A stretch of DNA of 64,000 nucleotides, from positions 1,309,520 to 1,373,519 of the forward strand of contig MU004193.1 in assembly GCA_010093605.1 (NCBI GenBank), in the 5' to 3' direction. Below, in pieces: positions 1 through 10,855 of this stretch. Position 1 is the first letter of the stretch, and each line of letters begins with the position of its first letter. The notes beneath the pieces are model-generated. The model was not told the origin of the DNA. It worked only from the letters and a program-made list of their open reading frames with translations, and searched no databases. Source of the DNA: Lophium mytilinum (Eukaryota). Both the position numbers and the translations under genes were made by a program.

Positions 1-148
1 TCAGGTTTACGATGTTTGAGAGAGAGGTTGCATTATCCACTTGATCTCAAGCCGGAACCGGGTATCCATCTCCACCAAGCCCAATATCAGCACTGCTCCA
101 CCACCACATCTCCACCCCAGAACACTCACCAGAAGCGCCTCAGTCTGC

Positions 149-1716
149 TCAGAGCTCTCCCAAGACCAGGTCGTGCTCGGCCGGGATCATCGGGTGGAAG
201 ACGTCCTCGTGGGAGAGACGGATCTCGTCCACGCAACCGCAGAACTTTGTCTCCACGCCGCGTACGCGCTTGACCCCATTTCGCATCAACTCCCCACGCT
301 TCGGGTCCAACTTTGGCAGCACCGCGTGGACGCATTCGTAGATGCTGTCGTCCACCGAGGCCCCATGGAGCGCCATTGCGTCTCCACCCTTCTTGACGAG
401 GTACTCGTAGTAAATGGCCGTAAGAGTCTCGTCAGCGTCCTCTGGCATCAGTTGCTTGTACCCGAAGAACCCCTCCGGGCGCAAGTCCTCCTTCTTCGAG
501 ATGACGTACTGCTTGAGGTACCACACCGCCTGGTGGAACTCTCGACTGAATAGGACCGTCTCCACGTGAGGAAAGCCCTGGAGGGGGCCATCGAGGCCCT
601 TTGACTTGAACAACGTTACCAAGGCGGGCTCGTTGCCAGGCTCTGGGCGCTTGTTGTTGTTGTTGGCGGCTTCGACGAATTGTCGGAAGTTGCACTTCTT
701 CATCAGCTCGATGTAGAGCTTGCCGAGATCCGTGATGTTGGGGTGTTGTGTCATGTTGCAGACACAGAAGGCAAAGAGGCGGTACGTCTCCTCGGTGACA
801 TCAGGCGCCATGCCGTAGAAAAGCTTGTAGAACAGCATGTAGCAACGAGCCTCGGTGTCGGTCCAGGCGCTCGTGATTGCTGCGTACTGCTGCTGGCTCT
901 GGACTTTCGGTAAATGAAGACCACGCCACGCCGTCAGATGAGTGTCATGTTCCTTGGTTTCTAGATCGAGGATGTGGGTGTTCTTGGTGAACCAAGCAGA
1001 GAAGCGGGGTTTGCAGTCTGGATCTGCAAGAAGAAGCTCACAGGCGGCCTGAACCTTCTCTTTCATGATGCGCTTGTTGTGCCACTTGAGTATGTCGTCG
1101 GTCGTGATGTTGAGTTCTTTGGCGTCCAGGATCTCCAGGTAGACTTGACGAAGACGCTCCGCATCGCCTCCGGTGGTCGCCTTGGAGAAGCCGAACATTC
1201 GATAAATGCTCGAGTACCATAGTGGTTCACCGTACCTCAGGACGTTCTCAAAGCGAGCCGCGAAGGACATGCTACAATTCTCCTTGTGCTCCTTTCGCCA
1301 CATCTTGCTCTGACATTCCGTGCCACAGTATCTGACCGCCTTGCACTTGACACAAGCCTTGGAGTTGGGTTTGCCGCAATTCTGGCAGCCGGTTGCGAAA
1401 ATCTCGCCGGTCGGGCTCCACGAGTAGGAAGAATTGAGACAGGTTTGAAAGTCGATGTCTGGACTGAACGACTCGGGGCCAACGAATGGATGAAGCGGAT
1501 CGAGATCGGGAGGAGTAGTGTCGCAGACTTCGGAGTCGGTGGTGCTGGCTGTGGTTTCTTCGACATACCGAGAGCTTGTAGCGGGAGTAGGAGATCTATA
1601 GCGAGAGCTGTGAGCAATTGAAGGACCGTGAGACGATATGGAGGGACCTACCTAGCTGTACTAGTCATCTTGAGCTTCCTCAACCCACCCGCTAAGGTTT
1701 CCGTCGCGTCGGACAT
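149..1716 (-). CDS. MYND-type zinc finger protein (2 exons: 1716-1652, 1595-149)
   Basis: The frame of ORF 149..1303 stays open upstream and reads GCQNCGKPNSKACVKCKAVRYCGTECQSKMWRKEHKENC, a MYND pattern. A GTAGGT...TAG intron at 1651-1596 joins it in frame to the ATG at 1716 (MSDATETLAGG). Confidence 0.8.
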
Positions 1717-2654
1717 GATGTCGCTGGTCTGTCTGATTGAACTGGCACAATTGACGATTAGCCCAGAGGTTCGCTGCGGTCGTGAGTATGCGCGCGTTAG
1801 TGACGGTCACGGCGTGCGAGTCCTCGAGGAAGAGGCGCGACACGAGGCAAGCGTAGCAACGGTTTGGTGTTGACACGGGCGAGCTGGAGGAGGAAGCTTT
1901 GGCGGGGCGCGGGGTTTTGTAGCTGGGGAGATCTTGCGGCCAAGCCGCTAGGCAGATGGATCTTCCGCGGCCGCCAATCGGAGGATCTCAGGTGGGGCAA
2001 CCCTATTTCTAGCCTTCAGCCTCGCAGTCCGAAGCATCAACCTCCGTCGCGCCATATCGGACTTCATATCACACTGTCAGCTCGCGTACTACCCAATCGT
2101 ACTGTGGTCCCGTGGTACTCACCGAGGGACTGGTAGCCCCCACTCCGGGAACCATCCGCTCAACGTGGAAGCCAGGCTGTTGGATTCCATGCGGAATGAT
2201 GCTAGGGCGCCCTCTGGTCGGTTTCCTTCCCGTTTCCTCTCTGTCGAACGTATGGACGCTCTTTTCAATCTCTCGAAGTTCGATTGTGTTTTCAATATGT
2301 TTAGTCCAGTGGCGTGCATAAGTTCCGAAAAGGTCGTCATATCTTCAAGACTATTCAAAATCAATCTTCTCTGAACTACTGAGCCCTCAAAGCATCACTC
2401 CCACGCATTAGATCCCCACTAACTATCTTCCCTGTCCGCAACGTGGGTGATCGACCGAGGTCAGATTTTGGGGAAGATGCGCTTTGGTGGTCGAGTCCGG
2501 TCGGATGTCACTCGATCCTCGAGGCGTCCTGAGCTCCGTCCGTGGCGGTCTCCATAGCCACACAGCGTCATGCTCTGCATATCCTTAGGCGACCCCTCGC
2601 TCTCGTGGCAATCTTGTGAACCTCGAGCTTCAACAATCTTGACTACTCGCAACC

Positions 2655-4259
2655 ATGCCTATGTCAAGGGAGACGGCCGCAATTGTTACTGCGGTTGTCT
2701 TGCTCGCCGTATCAACTACGTTCGTCTGGTGTCGTCTTGCCATCCGGTTCTTTATGGTACGGGCTCCTGGAAAAGATGATCTCTTTTGCTTCATTGCTAT
2801 GGTGGGTGGCCTCTGGGTGGAAAATATCCTATGCTTGCTAAGTACGATCAGCTGTTCAATATCCTCGAAACAATTTCCATGTTTTACGGTAAGTGCTGTT
2901 GAACTTGAGGGATTGACAGCCTCCCAAGGATCAGTCTCGAAGGTGATCCATCGCTATGACCCCCGGCTAACAAAGTTATTGTCATAGAAATCAAATTCGG
3001 CAGTGGCAAACATATCTGGCAGCTTTCCCCAGAAGATATCCGGAATCAACTTTTGGTAATTCCATCCTGGCTTCAAGAGTTCTACCGCTAACAAAAGCAA
3101 GGCGGTCTTTATTAGCCAGCCTCCCTACATCCTATGCCTTGCATTTGTCAAGTTCTCAATCCTTTGCCAATACCGTCGTGTGTTCTCAACCTTCATTCGA
3201 CGAATATGTCTCGCGATGCAGGTTTTCGTTGGTGTCTTCACCATCGCATTCTGCTTCCTCTTCGCATTCCAGTGCACTCCAGTCAAAGGGTTCTGGGATG
3301 TCAATGCTCGACATCACTGTTATGACCTCGACACTGTTCAGTTCATCTTCGTCGGTATAAACGTCGCCACGGATCTCGCACTCCTCGCCATACCAATGCC
3401 AATCTTCAGAAACATGAAACTCCGGAAAGCAGAAAAGCGAAGCCTGATCGTTATTTTCGCCCTAGGTGGCTTTTCGGCGGTCACCTGTCTCCTGCGCGTA
3501 CCATACATTGTTCTGTCCACCCACTCCGTGGATTCAACATACCAAAACCACGGACTCATCATCTGGTCTCGGGTCGAGCTGAACGTGGCTATTTTCTGCG
3601 CCTGTCTCCCAGCCCTGCGTGTACCACTTGCACGCTGGTTCCCGAAGGTGTGGCGCCGGTCCTCGGAAATTCTTTCATCCCGCACCCGTCGTTCCACATA
3701 TGGAGGAGGTACGACACTGAACAACACGACTATCAATACCGGCTCAACTCCCGAGATGTCGGAGGAGGACGACTTCGACCTTAGCGGCCTAAGCAAGCTG
3801 AAAAGAGCAAACCACTGCCGAGTTCGAAGCGACGAGCACGATCGAGAGGATCTAAACGTCATTGTAGGAGGGAATCGCCAATCCGACTATTTCAACGGAG
3901 CGATTCATCCAACGCCTCCGAATAGTTTGATGGGCGTTGAATCAATACACATCTTCACAATTATGGAGCAGAGAATAGAGACGAGAGAGAGCCGGCCCAC
4001 ATCAGACGGTTCGAGGGGGATGCCAATGGGATGGAGTGAGCCAGGGAGTCGAAGTACAAGCCGAAAGCCTGGTTCAACGAGGTCGCCCATCATCAGCCAG
4101 CAGAGCAGCCCAGCAATACCGCAAGCGAGTGCTTGGAAGTGGAACGTAAACCGACGAAGCTCAGGCTCTATGACGTGCGTAGATGAAGACGACATGTGGT
4201 GGAAGCAGGAGAAGAGGGAGTCCTTTCGTAAGTCATTACCTCCGGAAGCGTACTTATGA
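2655..4259 (+). CDS. PTH11-like integral membrane protein / GPCR (fungal rhodopsin domain, no CFEM), 4 exons
   Basis: Motifs RLAIRFFMVRAPGKDD, GSGKHIW, KFSILCQYRRVF, FQCTPVKGFWD, NVATDLALLAIPMP and WSRVELNVAIFCACLPALR. Three short introns lie between ~2802 and ~3101, followed by a long polar C-terminal tail. Confidence 0.88.
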
Positions 4260-5885
4260 TCATACTGATAAGAGACTGCCAGTCAACGCGTGGGCTCTGT
4301 ACATCACCTCTGCTTTCGGCCTCAATAGCGCTGATAACCCGACCCTCCCTTCAGAGCCACTGTCCACGTACAATCCGACAACAATAACTTGGCAATATCC
4401 GCAACGGAGACGGAGATCTCGGAGATATTCTCTGTGTAGCGGAGATGGGCTTACGCCGTAATTTTATCAATGTCAACATATATCTAATGTTGTCGACAGC
4501 TTGTGAAGGTCAAAGACGCGTGACCCTTGGATACCTAACCTCTCTGGTAAATGATGAACAGGTCGCCTCACGTGAGGCTAGATCCGCCCCAGAAATTCCG
4601 GTTTTGTCTAGGTATAAAGCGCACGCGGGGACTGCCTTTCTCTGTGGTGAGAGCTTCTCGGGTCTACTGAAGAACTTCATCGACAGATCGACCTATTCAT
4701 CGCATCGTTGTCGCTTAGCGCTTCGAAAAAAGTGGCAGGCCAGGGCAATGAAATAGTGTGAGTTTGGGTGGATCAGATCAAACACCCAGTCGCACCCTAC
4801 CATATAGAGGCTCCGTCGTCGCGACTAAACGATGATGATACTCAATTCCTACGTAGGTAGGTTCTTCTTAGTCTAAAAAGTGCCTATGCTCTGCTCTATC
4901 GACAAAAACAGATACTCAACACCACCACTATGAAACGGACTTAATACTTCAGTCAGTATCTAGTTGCTTCACTGTTCATCACCACCATTTGATCACTGAA
5001 ACCGCCAAACCTCCACCAACCATTGTTTCGTCCAATGCCGATTTTGCACTCGACTCCCGCCAGTCCTCCAGACCATGGCATTGTTGGATGTTGTTGGACT
5101 AAGATCCGCACAAGGACTTCCGAGGGCATCACACAGTATCTCGATGATTGTTGATCTCCCAAGGCCCACAAGGCCAAGCCTTCTCACATCTTCCGATTTT
5201 GCAATGAACTTCAACGCGCCTCCTTCCTGTCCAGGAATCTAATTGCAAGCGGACGATTTATACCCCTCCACCAGAAGTTTTGAGAAAGGATTCGTCAGCG
5301 CTCACATGATCCTAATCACATGCTCGACTACCTCGTTACCATTACGGCGGAATACTTCTAAATGGGAAGGTCACGAGTGTCACTTTGCATTAGTTCAGTG
5401 CTACGAGTACAGGGATATATTCTGAATATAAGAGGATATTCGAGGGGTCTTTCCTTACTCTACATACTCTAGTTTCTCAGGGGAATGGCGTGTTCGATGA
5501 AAATGGCGTGTCAAGGTCGACGATCACCTAGCCAGCGAGAGAGATCCTATAGTGCAAAGAATCTCTATTTCTTATTCAGCGCTCACGTGCGCATCACGTG
5601 ACGCAATGATCCTAATGGTCTCCAGGTCAATCTTCCAGAGGTCTACTCTCAACACGAAACTATTTCAATCAAATGGTGGACTTGTCAATCCGGCTTTCTT
5701 TTCTGTTGCACGGAAACAAGAGAACCTCGTTGTCGGTACATGAATCCCGAGGGAGGGGTAACCCAGCGGCTTGAGCCCTGAGCGTACTACGTACCTCCAT
5801 TTAACACCGGCGTCTTTCGAAGATTGATCTAATCAGCTCCGGGGACCTTGTACCGTCTTAGGCATCTTAAAATACTATTTTTACC

Positions 5886-7419
5886 ATGGCAGACCACACC
5901 CTGCCGGACCCCCAGGCCATTGCGCAAACGGTAGCCGCTGCGCAGGCCGCAGAAGAGCAGCTAGTCGTCGACGAGCAGCAGAACACGGCCGGGGAGTACG
6001 ATTCTCTGGATCATTCCAGTCTTGTAGGAACGGAATTAGAGGTAGATGTATGGCCAATCCTACTCCATATAAATTAAGCACGGGCGAGCTTATTTGGCTA
6101 GTCTGCGGGGGACAAAGATTCGACGCTTGGAGATGAACTCAACTCGTGCGGACTTCCTTGATCTTTTGAATGAGACTTTTAGTAGTTGACTTTTGAAAGT
6201 AATGCCACCTCTGTAGCCAGTTCGGTGTTGCAGGGAAACTGGGAGCATGGAAGAAGGTATCATTCGTACAAAACTGGCAGTAAGGTTTCATAGTTTCCCT
6301 GTTGGGCCTTTGCTACTGACGCGATATCAAGCATACTTCATTCCTAACGACGATGTATGTAATCTTCTATCTCAACTTTTCGTTTGCTTACGTTTTGCCA
6401 TAGGAAGAGAAAGATCGACTTGGTATGATCCGTACAACTATCTTCTCATGTACGACCCTGACGGTCCCCTAGAGCTTCAGCATAAGATCTGGTACATAGT
6501 CCTCAGCGGTAGACTGTACCTTGCTCCTCTCAATCTAGACACCCTCCACAATGCGCTTGACCTTGGTTGCGGAACCGGCGGTACTTCTCAAACTCTACAT
6601 TCATCAATATCACATCTAACTTCATACTAGCATGGGTCATGGACTTCGCCGACGCCCACCCCAAATGCAAGATAGTCGGGACCGATCTCTCGCCCATCCA
6701 GCCCACCGCCGTGCCCGAAAACGCCGAGTTCATAGTCGACGACGCAAGCTCCGACTGGGCCTTTGGCAAGAAATTCGACTACATCCACACCCGCTCCATC
6801 ACCTCGGGCATCAAAGACTGGGATCGCTTGTTGAAGCAAGCTTTCGACCACCTGAATCCAGGCGGCTGGGTTGAGCTTCATGAACTGCACATGCCTATCA
6901 AGTGTGATGACGGCACCGCCTCTCCGAACTCTGCGATTATCAAGTGGAGTGTCGAGATCTATGAAGCGAGCTTGAAATTTGGCATTGACATGCTCGCGAG
7001 CTTGAAGCACGCAGAACGCTTGCGGGAAATCGGGTTTACGGAGGTCCAGGAGACGCATATCAAATGGCCCATCGGACCGTGGCCGAAGGGGAATAAGGAG
7101 AAGCAGATTGGTGCTATGTTCCAGCAAGACATTGCTGGGAATCTCAAGGGCGTTAGCCAGAAGCTTTTCACGCAGGTTCTGGGGCAGTCGCAGGAGGAGT
7201 TTGAGGTGTTCATCAACCAGGCGCAGGATGACATGTATAACCCAAAGGTACGTTCGTGGTTTTCCTGTGTCGCCAAAGTTTGCAGTGGCTAATCGTGAGA
7301 ATAGATTCATACGTATTTTCCAGTGTAAGCCAAATTTCCCCGCGCTACAATTATGTTCCGCGACGTACTAATCACCTATCTAAATCAGTGACATTTTCTG
7401 GGCCCAGAAGCCGTTTTGA
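5886..7419 (+). CDS. LaeA-like/TAM-type SAM-dependent methyltransferase, many short introns
   Basis: Motifs EHGRRYHSYK, ALDLGCGTG, IVGTDLSPIQP, FDYIHTR, LNPGGWVE and KWPIGPWPK. The spliced end reads IHTYFPVDIFWAQKPF-stop at 7417-7419. Confidence 0.9.
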
Positions 7420-7650
7420 GGGGTTGGCGCATCATCCTTCTGTAAATGTCAATGTCCCACTGTCTAGTTAAACTAGCATACTTTAGAAACTGTTAACAAG
7501 TCGTTACGTAGCGTGGATGCAACTTCTCAATGAATGATAGAATCAATTCATGGACGACGGCTTCTTTTAGACTAAATATACTGACTGCGGTGTCTCGTCA
7601 GAGATATCTGCACTCGTTCCTGTAGCACGTGCAGTGTTTCAATGTACAGT

Positions 7651-8030
7651 GACAGGCCACAAGTCTGGGCACACTGGTATGCCACTGCTTGGGGTACCCC
7701 ACAGGCTTTCGAGGACTCAGGGGCGATGTCAAGCTTCAAGCAGTGCAGATTTTACTGCCTCTTGACTGATTGCCTGCTCAGCAACCAGGCTCCCCCTTGA
7801 AGTGGTGTCTACATAATGAGCGATATTTGAACCAAAAATAAATAAAATCGTGGGCCTCGACTTATGGTTTGTCAGTTAGTGATAGGCCAGAAGTCCGCAC
7901 ACTGCTTTACCACTGCTTGGGGTACCCCCATAGGGTTTCGAAGACTCGACGGCAATGTCAAGCTTCAAGCAGTGCAAATTAGACTGCCTCTTGACTAATT
8001 GCCTACTTAGCAGCTAGGCCGCCCCCAACA
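7651..8030. repeat. Degenerate ~150 bp direct repeat, two copies (7651-7800 and 7881-8030)
   Basis: Shared blocks CCACTGCTTGGGGTACCCC, ATGTCAAGCTTCAAGCAGTGCA and ACTGCCTCTTGACT. Confidence 0.9.
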
Positions 8031-8241
8031 GTAGTGTTGAGTGGGCAAGTTGGAGCCGGAAGTCGTGGAAGGTGCACTTCGTCTCATTTATGCTCACATA
8101 TCGACATTTTCTCACTTTCTCTTCTCAGCCACAACACTCCGACTCACTAACCCCATCCTTCCTCCACCTCATCTCTCGGCTCTCGATTGTCTTAAGAAGC
8201 GCCCAACTATCCTCCACCGTCTCCGATATCGATAGTCTACT

Positions 8242-8712
8242 ATGGCTATCGGCCGCCGCGACAGGATACGTACAACACTCGCGCTCCTTTTGACAATCGG
8301 AATCCTCGGTGTGGCCACAGTTGCGGTACTTGGTGCACTCCATTTCTTCAACAAAGACGCTCACTCGCACATTTCCTGCCATGGCCTGCTCCTCACTAAC
8401 TGCAGTGGGCTCTCGATGAACTGCAGTAGCCTATTCCCCATCTACAACAGCTCGCTCCCCATCATCAACAACTCGCTCCCCATCAACAACAACTCGCTCC
8501 CTAAAGCCTGCACGTACTCGCTCTCCACGGACTACGCATACTGGCTCCCTGCAAACTGCACATACTCGAACCGAACGAAATACGCATACTTGCTCCCCGT
8601 GGACCGCGAATTCTGGCTCCCCACAAACTGCACATACTCGCTCTCTTCAAAGTACAGTGGCCTTGCGGCTACATTCAAGCATATTGGTAGAGTTGAACCT
8701 CCTCCCTTCTAA
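8242..8712 (+). CDS. Small predicted type II membrane glycoprotein with internal repeats (156 aa), unit 1 of the array
   Basis: Basic N-terminus, one hydrophobic helix (TLALLLTIGILGVATVAVLGAL), then NNSLPI and (N)CTYS repeats with 8 N-x-S/T sequons. Confidence 0.55.
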   Translation: MAIGRRDRIRTTLALLLTIGILGVATVAVLGALHFFNKDAHSHISCHGLLLTNCSGLSMNCSSLFPIYNSSLPIINNSLPINNNSLPKACTYSLSTDYAYWLPANCTYSNRTKYAYLLPVDREFWLPTNCTYSLSSKYSGLAATFKHIGRVEPPPF

Positions 8713-8965
8713 TTCGGCGAGGCACTATAAGCAGTGGAGAAAGAGCTGGGGAGTCGTGGAAGGCGCACGTCTTCTCACACCTCGTCCTTCCTGAATATTC
8801 TCTCTCTCTCGCCTTCTCTCCCTCAACATCATCACCTCTATTCAACGACAGCGCCCTTGATACGCCTCATCTCTATTTTACTCTGGGTCAGATTAACCTA
8901 GCTCGCTTATCTTGAACGGACCCAATCATTCCTCGCCGTACTCTTACCGAAATCCGAAGTCTATC

Positions 8966-9076
8966 ATGGCTAGTGGCCGCTACATCGAAAGACGCATAGT
9001 GCTCGGAACCTTTGTGACACTCTGGACCATCGGCTTTATCACTTTGGTGATACTGAGCTTGGTTCTCTTTCTGTAG
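8966..9076 (+). CDS. 36 aa single-TM microprotein, unit 2 (MASGRYIERRIVLGTFVTLWTIGFITLVILSLVLFL)
   Basis: Hand translation. The start context is paralogous to those at 8242 and 9434; the ORF is below the ORF-track size cutoff. Confidence 0.45.
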   Translation: MASGRYIERRIVLGTFVTLWTIGFITLVILSLVLFL

Positions 9077-9433
9077 GACGCAGACACACCCACTCGTCCG
9101 CTGGCTGCAGTAGCCTCGCAACTCCACCAGTTTCCCAAGTTGGTAGAGTTGAACAGACATCCTTCCATTTCGGCATGGCACCCTATGCAGTGGCAGGAAG
9201 TGCTGTGGAGCCGTGGAAGGTGCACAACCCTCACGCCTCATCCTTCCTGAACTTTCTTTCTCGCCTTCTCACTCTCTCCCCAACATCATCACCTCTCCTC
9301 GACATCATCAGCTCTCCTCAACGACAGCACCCTTAGGACGCCCTATCTTTACTCTACCCTGGTTCACCTTAGCTCGCTTATTTTGAACGCACCCAATCAT
9401 TGCCCATCGCACCCTCGCCGATATCCGGCGTCT

Positions 9434-9550
9434 ATGATGGCTAGTGGCCGCCACTACAAAACAGGCCGCAGAACACGGATAACAGCCGCGATCCTCGTGT
9501 CCGTTATTATCGCACTCATCGCAATCAGCGTACCTGGCAGGCTCCTATAG
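9434..9550 (+). CDS. 38 aa single-TM microprotein, unit 3 (MMASGRHYKTGRRTRITAAILVSVIIALIAISVPGRLL)
   Basis: Hand translation. Paralogous start context; the TAG stop is in frame with the downstream GH64 ORF. Confidence 0.45.
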   Translation: MMASGRHYKTGRRTRITAAILVSVIIALIAISVPGRLL

Positions 9551-9586
9551 GATTTGACCTTCAAGCACACTTTTCCATATCCAAGC

Positions 9587-10855
9587 ATGAAGAGATTCCT
9601 TCAGAAGCTAAGCTCTAAAAACGAGTCCCCCTCCGATGACGTACCTCAATCCGATGGCCCTTCAGACGACTCTCCTCAATTCGTACAGCGAGCTGCAACC
9701 GGGAACCAGCAAGTTCTGGCAGCAGCTTCAGGAACACTGAACATCGCTCTTCAAAATCGAACTTCTTCGAACACGGTGTATGCATACATCACTGGACTGG
9801 CTCTTCAGAAGAACAACGCCCCGCTTTTCATAGAATCTGATGGCAGGACGATATACTACCCCAAATCACCATCCTCACCTGGGGCGTCGCTGGCGGCGAA
9901 CTGTGCCATTCGTCTCGGAGCACCAGGATCCACCACCACCGTCAACATCCCCAAGATAGCAGGCGGCCGCATCTGGTTCTCAGTGAACGCACCCCTCGTC
10001 TTCAAGATCAACCCCGGCCCAGCGATCGTGGAGCCCTCCGTGACCAACCCCAGCGATCCAAACATCAACCTCTCCTGGGCCTTCTGCGAGTTCACCTACA
10101 ACGACTCCCAACTCTTCGCCAACATCAGCTACGTCGACTTCGTGAGCATCCCCGTCTCCCTCACTCTCACCAACACCTCCAACGTCACCCAACACATCTC
10201 CGGCATGCCCTCCAACGGTCTCACCACCGTCATCAACGGCCTCCGTGCCCAAGCCGCCAAAGACCACCAGCCCTGGGACCAGCTCGTCTACAGCCACAAC
10301 GGCACCCCCCTCCGCGTGCTAAGCCCCAACAACCTTCTCGTCGAGCACCCCTCCGCCTTCCAAACCTACTGGACCCCCTACATCCAAAGCGTCTGGGCCA
10401 AGTTCTCCGCCGCACCCATCCACATCAACTCCCAAGCCGCGTTCGGCACCGTCTCCGGCAGCGTCGCCAACCACCAGCTCAGCCTCGGCGCCGCGGGCTC
10501 CTTCGCGCAGCCCTCCGCGCGCGACATCTTCACGTGCAGTACTGGCCCGTTTGCGACGGGGTCGAATGCGGAGCGCAACACGGTGATTCCGAGGTTGTCG
10601 GCGGCGTTTAATCGTAGCACGTTGCTGTTGTCGGATACGTTCCCAAATGGTGTGAGTCGCGGGGAGTATTATCAGAATCCGGTGACGAATCATTATTCGC
10701 GCGTGGTGCATGCAGCGAATTTGGATGGGAAGGGGTATGCGTTCCCGTATGATGATGTTACGCCGGATGGGGGCGTGGATCAGTCGGGCGCGGTGATGGA
10801 GGGGAGTCCGAAGTTGTTTACTGTGGCGGTTGGGGGTGGAGGGGCGCATACGTAG
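9587..10855 (+). CDS. Glycoside hydrolase family 64 beta-1,3-glucanase
   Basis: Motifs GGRIWFS, EPSVTNPSDPN, FCEFTYN, ANISYVDFV, TNHYSRVVH and GYAFPYDDV. Intronless; the first ATG is at 9587 and there is no signal peptide. Confidence 0.92.
   Translation: MKRFLQKLSSKNESPSDDVPQSDGPSDDSPQFVQRAATGNQQVLAAASGTLNIALQNRTSSNTVYAYITGLALQKNNAPLFIESDGRTIYYPKSPSSPGASLAANCAIRLGAPGSTTTVNIPKIAGGRIWFSVNAPLVFKINPGPAIVEPSVTNPSDPNINLSWAFCEFTYNDSQLFANISYVDFVSIPVSLTLTNTSNVTQHISGMPSNGLTTVINGLRAQAAKDHQPWDQLVYSHNGTPLRVLSPNNLLVEHPSAFQTYWTPYIQSVWAKFSAAPIHINSQAAFGTVSGSVANHQLSLGAAGSFAQPSARDIFTCSTGPFATGSNAERNTVIPRLSAAFNRSTLLLSDTFPNGVSRGEYYQNPVTNHYSRVVHAANLDGKGYAFPYDDVTPDGGVDQSGAVMEGSPKLFTVAVGGGGAHT

Larger units (their letters stand above)
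8050..9550 (+). repeat. Three diverged tandem units, each a conserved upstream region plus a small TM ORF
   Basis: Each unit has CGTGGAAGG(T/C)GCAC, a pyrimidine-rich leader and GTCTA..ATGGCTA..GGCCGC at the start codon. Units 1 and 2 also share TTGGTAGAGTTGAAC near their ends. Confidence 0.85.

Noticed and set aside
1797..2652. Several 60-90 aa ORFs between the MYND and PTH11-like genes
   Set aside because: No motifs, overlapping on both strands, and located in a divergent promoter region.
4445..5743. Short ORFs between the PTH11-like and methyltransferase genes
   Set aside because: No recognisable domain or consistent splice structure.
7651..9550. Repeats as a CRISPR-like array
   Set aside because: The units are long, diverged and irregular, with no constant short repeat and unique spacers; the context is eukaryotic with no cas genes.
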